In this document: piece by piece, positions 9,701 to 18,755 of the stretch
How positions within the stretch are numbered: position 1 is the first letter of the stretch
How the letters are laid out: each line of letters starts with the position of its first letter
IMG/VR virus record: IMGVR_UViG_3300043104_000334
Strand: one strand, 5' to 3'
Source of the DNA: a virus
Taxonomy: Duplodnaviria > Caudoviricetes
Length of the DNA: 64,000 nt
Program-made: the position numbers and the translations under genes
Notes under the pieces: model-generated
Databases searched by the model: none
What the model was told of the DNA's origin: nothing
Seen by the model: only the letters and a program-made list of their open reading frames with translations

Positions 9701-12700
9701 ATAGACATTGCATCTGAAATAATGTTAGCAGTATAACCGTTTTCTACACTGTTAGCACATTCCCATGCATTTACAACATGAAGTGCCTCTGTTAACGCTT
9801 GGTCGTCTGTTAAAACGTCACCAATCTTACTCTGGTAGTTTGTGTTACCATGACTGCTGTCCGCGTTCCAATGTGCTGTCTGCTTACCATAACTCTTACT
9901 AATAGACACACTATCAATTGCTCCACTATTCGCAAGAGTTCCTACAGAGTTGTCTGCAACAACAGTCATACTGATAGTACAATTTCCTAACCAATAATGT
10001 TCAGCACCATTGTCTCCAGACACAGTTGTAGATGTCCATCCATCTCCACTCTTGTACTGCGGACTTTTGAATTTCGTAAACCAAACTCTACCATTCGAGC
10101 CATTATAATCACCATTGGCTTTCCACATATCAACAGAGATATTTGTGTTGGAAGATGCTTGGCCTACAGCGCTACTCGATATTAAACTCGTATTTACGCT
10201 AGCTATTTCAGCACGCTCAAGTGTATAAACCTTAGCACTTAACAACTCTCGATAAGCATATACATCAACAGTCTCAACAAGTGAAAATGTAAATGTTTTT
10301 GTAGCCGGGTGAATTATATTCTGCGTGGCATGTGTTACTGTACAACCGTATCCAGCTGTATATCCATCACACGTTAATGTATCAGCTGTATAAGTGTATC
10401 CACTATAGGTTTTTGTACCAATCTTTACTGAACAAGCAGTAAGTAAATATCTTTGCTTATTACTTGTTGATGTTGGAGCTGTAACAGACTTTGAAGCTAC
10501 GCTTCCATCCCCTGACGCAGTCACATCACCAGTTGAACAATTGAATGTCACCGTGTAGTTACATGTATGCCCAGATGCTCCCCATGTTGGGTCTACGCCA
10601 CCACTAGCAGTAATTGTAAGAACTGTACCGCAACCTGCACAAGCACTAGAACTCTTCTGTTCTCCATTACCAGCTGACCACTTAGCAGAAGCAGTAAATC
10701 CAGCCACAGAAGTCGAATATGTTACACCATCCTTCGTGCATGTATGTGTCTGACCTGTTGCCGAAGCCATTACACCACCGCGTGTCGATTGCGTACCTGT
10801 CGCCCCACATGTATCACATGACCATGTATTAGTCAGACCGTTAGCATCTGCCGTGCCACTCTTTTCAGTCACATTCTGCGATTTTGAACCAAGTGTGTGC
10901 CCCGGACAACTAAGCGTACATCTTGCATTACTATCCTTACTACTAGCCCAAATATCAGTGATAGTTACCTTGAACTTTATAGTACGCGTGATAGCAGCAT
11001 TCTTGTTTTGTGCATTCTGAGTATCACTCTTATTGTTCTTGTACAATGCGTCTGACGTTTTTAACTGTTGACCATAGGCATGTATACGCCCGCTAAGGTC
11101 AATAGAACAAACACGACCACCTGCAGCTACTGCAAGGTTTTCAGTACTAGGGATTCCCTCAGATACATTCCAATCAGAAGCTAGGCCATCGTATGTGTTG
11201 CTCTTTGTTCCAGCACAGTTAGCGACTATCTCTGCATAGGCTTCAATATCACTTGTTGTACTGAATGTCCAGTCAATATGGTCAACTACATCCGGTCCAA
11301 CCCAGTCATTATAACTGTGACCAACATTATTGGTGTCATTTTCCAAACACCAGTAAGCATCACTACAATCTTCTATATCTGTTGGTATTACACTCGTTGA
11401 ATTAATTGTCACCGTGAACGAAGCAGGTGCTGACATATGACCAGCCTTTTCAGTCTTACTAGTACTCTGAGCAAGCTCTGATATATCAATATAATACTGT
11501 TGTTTTAACAGCTTTTTCAGTTCCGTTCCAGTAACAGTAAATTTATACGTACTAGTAGCACCCTTACTTGATGATGCACTAAACGACACATACGTACCAA
11601 TTGCTTCACTGTGCTTTGTTACTTCATCATATGTAGAAGAAGTACTAGCTCCTCTTATGTACATTCCCTTTATCAGACCGCTTACTCTCGGAGTCGGGGA
11701 TTTATCACATATACTATATTTTGGTGTTGCTTGTACAACTACTGTATATGACGCACTAGTATTCACGGCTTCTAGAGTATCATTATCAGCACCCAAATAT
11801 AATGCAAATGTTGCATTTTGATACTCTCCTTCAGTCAAGACTGTCTCTTCTTCGTGAACACTACTGAGTACACTGAAAGTATAGGATGTCGGACGGTCAC
11901 CAGTACTAAAGCAGTTATGACTTATTTCATTACCTACATCGAAATACTTGTCATAGTACAATATCTTGTTGCCAGTAATTTTTGCAGCTGAAACTGAGAC
12001 ACGCTTATCCTCAGAATCAGTATGCTTTTTAATACTAACTGAGAACTTTACGGAGCTAGCAAGAACAGTAGCATTCTTATTACCTTTTACCTTCTGAATA
12101 AATGATATTGGGTTCTCCTGATTAATTAATTGTTTAATCGCTACTTCATTTGCAGTAAATTGTAATGTTGCTGTCTCACCATAACTTCCAGATGCACTAA
12201 ACTCAATTCCTGATATCCCATTTGTACTCTTAAACTTGTATGCAGTTATCATACTTTTTGCATACGTTGTGTTTTCAGAATCACATGTTCCTTTGTTATA
12301 CTTGTTTGTATTGATTGATATGGAGATATCGTAACTTCCACTTCCAGTTATATTGTCTTTTGTACTATCTGCTGCATCAAAATACATAGTAAACTTAGTT
12401 GACTGTGCAGTACCAGTATACAACTTTGTTTTCGTAAGATGGTTTGTACTTTTTATGGAATAACTAAAATCACCAGCACTCGTGGCTTTCCAGCAGTTAT
12501 GGTTTGTTTTGCTGGTTGCTGACCAGTAGGGATCTACAGAATCACCGTTTTTATCTGTTGGCGCATCAACAGCTGTTACACTGTCGGTACTCGTCACACT
12601 TACAGTAAACTTAAGGCTGTGTGATAATACAGTACAGTCAGCATCCTTGACTCCAAAACTCAATTTAATACCGTCGCCTTTATCACCAAGGTAACCAGCA

Positions 12701-14076
12701 AGTTCTCCACCAGACATACCTTCATATACAAATGTAAGCTTACCATCAACTGTCTTCTTTTCAAATCCCTTTGGAGCAGTAGAAGTATAAGCCTCCACTT
12801 GAGTGGATGAACTGTCACATAGTAATTTCTTACTTAATGTTGTGGGCTCAACAGTTATTGTCACATTATAGCTGTCATTATAGTACTGGCCCTTTTTCTT
12901 AAAGTCTGCAATACTTGTATCTTTACCAACATCTAAATGTACTGTAAATATAGATTCCTGCGCAGTTTTATCAGTAAAGTCAGCCGCAGTGAGATGGTCT
13001 GTTGATGTTACATAGTATGTTAAATTTGGTTGGTTTATCTCCGCTTCCTCATCACAATTGAATACTCCGAAGTAACCACGTGCATAATAGTTCATACTAT
13101 TATACTTTACATACTGTGTACCGCACCATTGTTTCTGCGAACTGCCACCACTAGCTACTACACCCCAGCCCCGTTCATGACCATGATTATGCTGACCATC
13201 TAACCATGCTCTACAATATACATGTGCGTAAGTATTAACTGTACATTTGTTCTTCACTACATCTTTCATGAAGTCTGAAACACTTGAATAGCCTGTAGTC
13301 CAAGCGCTTCCATTACCAATATTCTTTAATATTTGTGATGGTTGATACACATTGATACCACCATCTGAGTACTTTTCTACAAATCCTACAGTCCATGTTA
13401 TGACTGGTAACTTATAATCTGGATACTTATTAGGGCTCTTGTACCAAGCTTTGAAGTTTGTAGCTACATCATCACCAGCAAGTGCTTTTAACACTGCCAC
13501 ATATGTGGTAATCTTATGTTTCTTAGTAGTACTATCATACGGAAATAAGTAGTCACTTATATCATTCTTACTTCCCCATAATATTTTCTGAATCAGTGTC
13601 TTAACTGTAGTATCAGTCACAGACGCTGTCGTCCAGTTATTACTACTATTAACCGTAAATTGTAACAGGTCAGCATTTGGAAGATAATCACTACTACCCA
13701 CAAGATACCCATATACATCTACTCCACTCGATATATTACCAGAATATACGGTATCACTATCTGATAACTTTTTACCAGTAGCCGCTCTCTGATTTACAAT
13801 AGTCTCTGCATCTGCCTCTAATCCATTCATGTTATCACGGCTGCTACAATACGTTGAAAGGTCAAGAGATGATATATAATCTACTTTTATTATAACTGCC
13901 GGACCGGCTTTTGCAATAGTTCCTGAACCACTCCAAGTGCTTGCATTTGCTGATTTACCATCATGAGAGCTTATTGACCCTCCATCACCGGCGCCATATG
14001 CAATAACACTTCCAGCACCAACTAATGCACATATGAGGAACATCAATGCTAATGATTTTTTAAGAATCTTTTTCAT
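6709..14076 (-). CDS. Giant secreted Ser/Thr-rich protein, probable Tad-pilus-associated adhesin
   Basis: N-terminal signal peptide, three ~190-aa internal repeats, Cys-rich segment, C-terminal ...TTGTH, no LPXTG; last gene of the pilin-like run. Confidence 0.7.
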   Translation of the reverse strand: MKKILKKSLALMFLICALVGAGSVIAYGAGDGGSISSHDGKSANASTWSGSGTIAKAGPAVIIKVDYISSLDLSTYCSSRDNMNGLEADAETIVNQRAATGKKLSDSDTVYSGNISSGVDVYGYLVGSSDYLPNADLLQFTVNSSNNWTTASVTDTTVKTLIQKILWGSKNDISDYLFPYDSTTKKHKITTYVAVLKALAGDDVATNFKAWYKSPNKYPDYKLPVITWTVGFVEKYSDGGINVYQPSQILKNIGNGSAWTTGYSSVSDFMKDVVKNKCTVNTYAHVYCRAWLDGQHNHGHERGWGVVASGGSSQKQWCGTQYVKYNSMNYYARGYFGVFNCDEEAEINQPNLTYYVTSTDHLTAADFTDKTAQESIFTVHLDVGKDTSIADFKKKGQYYNDSYNVTITVEPTTLSKKLLCDSSSTQVEAYTSTAPKGFEKKTVDGKLTFVYEGMSGGELAGYLGDKGDGIKLSFGVKDADCTVLSHSLKFTVSVTSTDSVTAVDAPTDKNGDSVDPYWSATSKTNHNCWKATSAGDFSYSIKSTNHLTKTKLYTGTAQSTKFTMYFDAADSTKDNITGSGSYDISISINTNKYNKGTCDSENTTYAKSMITAYKFKSTNGISGIEFSASGSYGETATLQFTANEVAIKQLINQENPISFIQKVKGNKNATVLASSVKFSVSIKKHTDSEDKRVSVSAAKITGNKILYYDKYFDVGNEISHNCFSTGDRPTSYTFSVLSSVHEEETVLTEGEYQNATFALYLGADNDTLEAVNTSASYTVVVQATPKYSICDKSPTPRVSGLIKGMYIRGASTSSTYDEVTKHSEAIGTYVSFSASSSKGATSTYKFTVTGTELKKLLKQQYYIDISELAQSTSKTEKAGHMSAPASFTVTINSTSVIPTDIEDCSDAYWCLENDTNNVGHSYNDWVGPDVVDHIDWTFSTTSDIEAYAEIVANCAGTKSNTYDGLASDWNVSEGIPSTENLAVAAGGRVCSIDLSGRIHAYGQQLKTSDALYKNNKSDTQNAQNKNAAITRTIKFKVTITDIWASSKDSNARCTLSCPGHTLGSKSQNVTEKSGTADANGLTNTWSCDTCGATGTQSTRGGVMASATGQTHTCTKDGVTYSTSVAGFTASAKWSAGNGEQKSSSACAGCGTVLTITASGGVDPTWGASGHTCNYTVTFNCSTGDVTASGDGSVASKSVTAPTSTSNKQRYLLTACSVKIGTKTYSGYTYTADTLTCDGYTAGYGCTVTHATQNIIHPATKTFTFSLVETVDVYAYRELLSAKVYTLERAEIASVNTSLISSSAVGQASSNTNISVDMWKANGDYNGSNGRVWFTKFKSPQYKSGDGWTSTTVSGDNGAEHYWLGNCTISMTVVADNSVGTLANSGAIDSVSISKSYGKQTAHWNADSSHGNTNYQSKIGDVLTDDQALTEALHVVNAWECANSVENGYTANIISDAMSISVANVGSQNILAESYAIDSGINLFNFGFTENGQTYYRNHANKYGTAEELQNTLNTNVFWDKYDDVGNLNDAKTLYVGYTGHVSSNPSVKYSSDGIIRGESFIDSLSKATLSGYVTNGEKWSQNSNIIVATCYSRTVPITSTVPGRTNFVSKSEGTAQTQTFNGYYTTFAYPNIGSFTVNRYLNGSLISSGSNVSNNGAGNVSGYTNTSDGSTINYCTALVISNISMIQTAKNGVYTSPIGVNVYYNLALDFSNQSLCQQCVDSEQVSAPKITADRKTEYVAKLSPDSDNGVLNDVLIHDPVSSQYSQLIGNGYGDYDGNGPAEDETGEDMRVSTQGVAEANKNNYVVIGNTVHLWITDFGDFYDAYGDSIAGVATASLGVGCTYNGADSNTGKINSNAKGYTNNMNTGRWVAERDVMFTFPVIGTKVNGDTVTIPANTWINLSEYRCNTLENNTGSVSKASDGSLTNAASGVFHGATDALQNALSSDSEFKYGLDYSFQVVTSAEETTTATVTFATIAINAGSNIDFDQYQNRNITRDYNLVADNTTYCSTTIEVVGRIGNLALEDVGDFRYSELFKKALTSWSIPNVVHNVDSSYPVKILTTTADIMLSSRGHTAQTQSHATLSVTNYRYGSITGLGKAGEWGTLPLTAASLQSNSTYSTEQLKIGYASYFDIETIGNYYGINTLEGGSFGGDDGPSSVADENSGEDTRTAVMTITPHYYLYDYSEGKFYAIDLYAGSSGSYTLYYSDTSAANVKKLTETGLSIDLTTEAARRNTTSTEESYTDTVLSYWGINKAAYKKYDYIGTASKIVLDCNDLDYIGSSYLYGDASEGTGTNQLGGTAMSGSTGNGVTALNFMKQSQRWYFTLNLPSSTIATYAGAATSKTEVLTANQKLKNDHPNSVIVAFAGITVQGSVYELEYDARLMNGGKDNKITLYSNDNKPDNCNNNTITVGENGVDVYSSTGTVVTKIDSKWAPLVVYDAYNTSTTDLTTTGTH

Positions 14077-14079
14077 AGT

Positions 14080-15081
14080 TTAAATCCTCCCATTAATTTC
14101 AAAGTCATAGTCATAAGAATAACCATGCATGGCTGCGGTCTCTGGAGAGCTAAGCACCTCAAGGATAGTATAATCCTTTTCAATCTCCGTTCTATTCTCC
14201 GCCCATGTATACTTCTTTACTCCATTGTTATTCTTATAACAAATAACGTATTCAGCCTTATCAATCTTAGCACCACCAATACCGAACGTAACAGTATCAT
14301 ATAGAACTGTTCCATCTGATACAGACATATACGTAAGAACTGATGGAGAAGTAACCGGATTGGAACTTGTGAATTCTGTCATCTCAGACGGTATATAATA
14401 CTGAACGTCTGTATTACCCTCAAGTCCAATGTATAAAGCAGAATTGCAAGCATTCATCAAAGTTTCCGAAATCGTAACTTTTGCATTGTCACTACTACCA
14501 TATCCAGTTCCGCTCTTTAATGGTAAGTCATATTCCACTATAGGTAATCCATCAGAACCGGTGGATGTAAGACTACATTTTCCATAGGTGTCAGCACCAA
14601 GATAGTAAAAGTAGACATATCCGGTTGTATCAGTGACGCTATAAGGAAGCTTAGGAGTCCATTTATAATCGTAGGAGTCCATTGTCACTGAATTAACATC
14701 CTGTAGCACTCTTTGCTTACCATACAGATAGTAGCCATCATATCCAGCTACAATAAAGAACGGCATATAAGATTGCTCCAAATCCTCACGATTCTTCTCT
14801 GAATCTCCCCATCCAAGATTTCTGAGAAGAACAGCCTCGTAAGTATTAAGAGCAATCTCAGGTTCCACTTTCATAAACTCAGTATTGATATAATCTGTAT
14901 CAATATGAGTTCCATCTTCAAGCATATCCTGTGTAGCAGCATCAACCGCATAGTTCACTTGAAGATCAAGCTGTCTCTGTTGAAACTCATAGACTGCCTG
15001 CTGTTGCCAAGAAAAGAAATTAACAAAAGCAATGCAGTCCATAAGTATCGTTAAAGGCAGAGCAATTACCATCCACTTCAT
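14080..15081 (-). CDS. TadG/TadE-like minor pilin
   Basis: N-terminal TM followed by QLDLQVNYAVDAA, resembling the TadG-type LQ.A.DAAA helix; Tad locus context. Confidence 0.55.
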   Translation of the reverse strand: MKWMVIALPLTILMDCIAFVNFFSWQQQAVYEFQQRQLDLQVNYAVDAATQDMLEDGTHIDTDYINTEFMKVEPEIALNTYEAVLLRNLGWGDSEKNREDLEQSYMPFFIVAGYDGYYLYGKQRVLQDVNSVTMDSYDYKWTPKLPYSVTDTTGYVYFYYLGADTYGKCSLTSTGSDGLPIVEYDLPLKSGTGYGSSDNAKVTISETLMNACNSALYIGLEGNTDVQYYIPSEMTEFTSSNPVTSPSVLTYMSVSDGTVLYDTVTFGIGGAKIDKAEYVICYKNNNGVKKYTWAENRTEIEKDYTILEVLSSPETAAMHGYSYDYDFEINGRI

Positions 15082-15082
15082 A

Positions 15083-15544
15083 TTATCTCACCATCCCTGA
15101 TAATCGAATCTCCATGCTATTATAGGACATTCCCATCATAGCATTAGAGAGCTTTTGAAAAATATTGTAGCTGTCCTGCGTGATTACGATTGTACAAATA
15201 TCGCCCGTTCTCCATTCAGTATTCTCGTCAACCTCAGTATAAACCCACTCAGAAACATATTTACCAGATGCATCTGGGTCAGGGTTTACAATCTTCTCTT
15301 CACGATAATACTTATAAGAGAAATCACCATTACAACTCGCAATAGACAAGTTCAAATCTGAAATCGCTTTTTCAGTTATCTGTCCATTATCTATAACCAT
15401 ATCCACGAAGTTTCTTGCTGCTGTCTGGCATGTATTCATATCTGACCGCCATGTAATAACTCCAATGAAGTATGACGGTAGCACAATAAGACTCATGAAT
15501 AAGATGATAATGGCAATAACATTACTTACCACTGATTGTCTCAT
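15083..15544 (-). CDS. Pilin-like protein (Tad locus)
   Basis: Single N-terminal hydrophobic helix, AARNFVD..IDNGQIT; context. Confidence 0.55.
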   Translation of the reverse strand: MRQSVVSNVIAIIILFMSLIVLPSYFIGVITWRSDMNTCQTAARNFVDMVIDNGQITEKAISDLNLSIASCNGDFSYKYYREEKIVNPDPDASGKYVSEWVYTEVDENTEWRTGDICTIVITQDSYNIFQKLSNAMMGMSYNSMEIRLSGMVR

Positions 15545-15547
15545 ATC

Positions 15548-16069
15548 TTATTTCCTCTCTTCAAAAATATTTACATACTGACTTGTTATCATCCACTGTT
15601 CATCCTTAGCGTTCCAAACCAAATAGAGATTTGTTCCAGCTAAAGACCAGTTAGATGTTGCACTTAACTGTGCTTTCCACTCATCAGTCTTGTTTTTATA
15701 AACATCATCAGTTAAAACTAACTTGTTGTTACCACTGATACACGAAGAAAACACAGAATTGGTATTATAAGAATAACGAACCAATCTGCCCTCACTAGGG
15801 CAATACTCGTCATTTATAATAGCCAATATCTGTGCTCCACCATAATCAATACTGACAGGTGCCAATGATGTTGGTACAAGCACTTTATGTCCGTCTATAG
15901 TTTGTAAAGTCCAATCAACTGAGTCAGACACTTTGTACACAGTCTTATCAGATAAATAGTCCATCTGAGTCGTGCTACATACATGGACCAGTGTGCATAA
16001 TAAAGGAATGCTTGCAACCATCATTGACACAATAAGAATCAATTCAGCCAATCCCGTTTGCACTTTCAT
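15548..16069 (-). CDS. Pilin-like protein
   Basis: N-terminal TM with G-LAELI, the closest match to a prepilin motif in the run; context. Confidence 0.45.
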   Translation of the reverse strand: MKVQTGLAELILIVSMMVASIPLLCTLVHVCSTTQMDYLSDKTVYKVSDSVDWTLQTIDGHKVLVPTSLAPVSIDYGGAQILAIINDEYCPSEGRLVRYSYNTNSVFSSCISGNNKLVLTDDVYKNKTDEWKAQLSATSNWSLAGTNLYLVWNAKDEQWMITSQYVNIFEERK

Positions 16070-16071
16070 AA

Positions 16072-16488
16072 CTACTTTACCTCCGTTAGTATAACAGTCT
16101 TCATCATAGGGTTTAATCTGCCCTGTTCAACCTGAACAGAATACACCTTATTTTTGTTAGTAGTAAGCAGACACATAAGTTTTTGGCATTTTGTATCATT
16201 ATACTTGTATATGTATGTTGAACCAATAAGCACAGCATCAATTTCACCCTCGGCATCACAGATACTGGAATAGAGAACAGCTCCTGGCTTTGCATTCTTA
16301 CTGCTTACTGACACAACACTGGAAGAGCTAGATGCGTCAGCTGCTTCTCCATACGTATTAACATAGTTTGTTAATACATTTGTACATAGTACAAATATAC
16401 CCATAACTATACCAAGTAAGCCTGCCATCATCCACACTGTTATAGCAACACGCATAGTTTCACTTACTTCATCCTGCATTAAGCTCAC
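16072..16488 (-). CDS. Pilin-like protein, paralog of 17081-17776
   Basis: DEVSETMRVAITV versus EDVSATMRVGITV. Confidence 0.55.
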   Translation of the reverse strand: MSLMQDEVSETMRVAITVWMMAGLLGIVMGIFVLCTNVLTNYVNTYGEAADASSSSSVVSVSSKNAKPGAVLYSSICDAEGEIDAVLIGSTYIYKYNDTKCQKLMCLLTTNKNKVYSVQVEQGRLNPMMKTVILTEVK

Positions 16489-16499
16489 CTCCCTCGATG

Positions 16500-16970
16500 C
16501 TACATATAGTTGAACTTAATACCAGTGATAATACCACCGGCGTACCCATCTGCACTTACCGTATTATTAAGGTCCTCGACAAGATTTGCTCTAAATTTCT
16601 TTGTAGAACCGAGCACACCGGACAGATACGAATAAGTTACTTGACGCGTACCAGAGCTATCAGTTACATAAAATTTACCAGTACTTTTATCATTGAAATA
16701 TATAGTTGTGTTTATTTGGATAACTACATCCAAATCGTATCTGTAATATACCATTGCACTAAGTACATCTGTACTATACAGATTTGTTGTGCAATCATAC
16801 ATAGAATATTCTCTGTAATAATTTATTCTGTCAGACGTAGCCTGCTGTGTCGCAGAATAAGATGACAGAATTGTTGTACTACGCAGCAATAAAACTACTG
16901 CAGAAAGTATAGCTGCAGATATCATCATATCTACACCCATTGTAATATAATCATAAATTAGGTCAGTCAT
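16500..16970 (-). CDS. Pilin-like protein
   Basis: N-terminal TM; EYSMYD and C-terminal GIITGIKF resemble 17081-17776 (EFATYD, SIIGIFF). Confidence 0.55.
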   Translation of the reverse strand: MTDLIYDYITMGVDMMISAAILSAVVLLLRSTTILSSYSATQQATSDRINYYREYSMYDCTTNLYSTDVLSAMVYYRYDLDVVIQINTTIYFNDKSTGKFYVTDSSGTRQVTYSYLSGVLGSTKKFRANLVEDLNNTVSADGYAGGIITGIKFNYM

Positions 16971-17028
16971 TTTCTTCGCTCTCCTTACAAATTATAGGTT
17001 GATATAAGTTATTAAAATAAGTTATATC

Positions 17029-17048
17029 AGAGGGACCGAAGTCCCTCT
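17029..17048 (-). terminator. Hairpin with C(UUCG)G tetraloop after the candidate major pilin
   Basis: Minus strand reads AGAGGGAC-TTCG-GTCCCTCT. Confidence 0.7.
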
Positions 17049-17080
17049 AAGCTGATTTGACTGATCAACGCAGTTACAGA

Positions 17081-17776
17081 CTAGCTAAGCTGTCTGAAGA
17101 AGATACCGATGATAGAACCGGTCGGGTCCTTGATAAGTACAGAGCTGAATCTACCGGAGCTGAGCAGGTAAGCTGCATTACCAAGTTCCGTTGTTCCAAT
17201 AATATCGTATGAAGAATCTACGAGACCATTGGTGTTGTGCAGGTAACTTGTGTAGTTTGCTGAGCCAGCCTCACGATACAGTGATTCTTTGGCTGTAGTC
17301 TGTGTTCCATCAACCCATTTAACCAGATATGCGGTCTTAGCCTGTGACGTAATGAGAACGCCTTCAAGCGCATTGGAACCATTGGTTGCTGTTGCTGAAT
17401 TACCAGATTTTAAAGCAACAAGACTGTTCGTTGTTGATGATGACGCACCATCTTTGGTGAGCAGTGCACCATAGTTTACTGCAAGGTTTGTGGCACCGGT
17501 TGTCTGCTGAAGAGATGTTGTCTGAATTACGATAGCAACATCACGACCCTGGAACAATGACAACGCGGTAGCCACCTGTGTACCTGAAACCTTGGTATTG
17601 TCATAGGTAGCAAACTCCTGAGTTGATACACTATCAATACCGGACTGCAACGTAGTCTGACCGTTGCTTAACAACGAGTTACTCATAACCATAAGGTTAA
17701 GTACTGTTGCAACAAGCGCAGCTACAAGGATAACTGTAATACCAACACGCATTGTTGCGGAAACATCTTCTGACAT
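17081..17776 (-). CDS. Candidate major pilin
   Basis: Strong AAGGAGG RBS, own downstream hairpin, N-terminal hydrophobic helix, first gene of the pilin-like run. Confidence 0.55.
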   Translation of the reverse strand: MSEDVSATMRVGITVILVAALVATVLNLMVMSNSLLSNGQTTLQSGIDSVSTQEFATYDNTKVSGTQVATALSLFQGRDVAIVIQTTSLQQTTGATNLAVNYGALLTKDGASSSTTNSLVALKSGNSATATNGSNALEGVLITSQAKTAYLVKWVDGTQTTAKESLYREAGSANYTSYLHNTNGLVDSSYDIIGTTELGNAAYLLSSGRFSSVLIKDPTGSIIGIFFRQLS

Positions 17777-17918
17777 ATTATATGTCCTCCTTAAAAGTAT
17801 TTTGCCTAGCCTACAATTTTGTAGCGGATAACTTTAATACAAGAATACTTAAGGATATCTTTAATACACGTATACGTAATTTATATCAATGCCTATGTGG
17901 GTAAGCAGTGATACCAGT

Positions 17919-18155
17919 TTATGACTTCTTCAGCCAAACAATGACGCCAATAAGCAGCACCAAATCCACAGCAAGGAGGATAAGGAACATAGGCGTAAAG
18001 CCGAACTTAACAGTGTTCACAATGAACATGATAAGCATGACCGGCAGGGCGATTGCCATGATTGCCAGTGCGATAGCGATGAATATGTAGAGTCCTCTCG
18101 ATTTTGTGTTTGAGCTTGAGCACATATAGCTCAGTTCTTCAAAGAATTCTTTCAT
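17919..18155 (-). CDS. Small two-TM membrane protein
   Basis: 78-aa hydrophobic ORF with GGAGG RBS. Confidence 0.65.
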   Translation of the reverse strand: MKEFFEELSYMCSSSNTKSRGLYIFIAIALAIMAIALPVMLIMFIVNTVKFGFTPMFLILLAVDLVLLIGVIVWLKKS

Positions 18156-18156
18156 T

Positions 18157-18720
18157 TTACTTTACCTCCGAAATTACTTCCAAATTAACAATTGCAAACT
18201 CATACCCCTCCGAGTAACGTCTTTCCTTGACCGTTACTTCACACTCGAGTATAGACTGCTTTTTCACTGTTGACAGTTTCTTTGCCTGATTTCCAAATGC
18301 AACAACAGGCATTGCGTAAGGAGCTTTAAGCATATCCTTACTTTTAAGCGTAGCCATATAGAATGGCTTTGCATCAGGTCCGACTGTACGAAGATAGCAT
18401 TTATCTGAGTTAAGGAACATCCCCACAACCTTCCCATTCAGATACTTACTCAATTCAAATCCTTCGGACGGGACAAAGTCAAACTTCTTAACACATAAGC
18501 ACAAGTCTACCGGCTTGTCTGATGTACCTAATCTTGTAATGACCCAGTCACTCGTGACAATACAGTCACCAACAGAAATGTCATTGAAAATTGGAAGCAA
18601 GATTTTAAAACCTTTTAATGTTTCAACCTCCATCTTATGGAGATTGTACTTGAAGCCATTGATATCAACAACATCACCAATGTTTGCTTCAGTGATTCTT
18701 GCCTTTAATTCACAATTCAT
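18157..18720 (-). CDS. Single-stranded DNA-binding protein-like (OB fold)
   Basis: YLRTV...MPVVAFGNQAKKL...LECEVTVKERRY resembles SSB OB-fold strands. Confidence 0.55.
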   Translation of the reverse strand: MNCELKARITEANIGDVVDINGFKYNLHKMEVETLKGFKILLPIFNDISVGDCIVTSDWVITRLGTSDKPVDLCLCVKKFDFVPSEGFELSKYLNGKVVGMFLNSDKCYLRTVGPDAKPFYMATLKSKDMLKAPYAMPVVAFGNQAKKLSTVKKQSILECEVTVKERRYSEGYEFAIVNLEVISEVK

Positions 18721-18755
18721 ATGCGTACCCCTTTTGGCAATGTAACATAACTACA

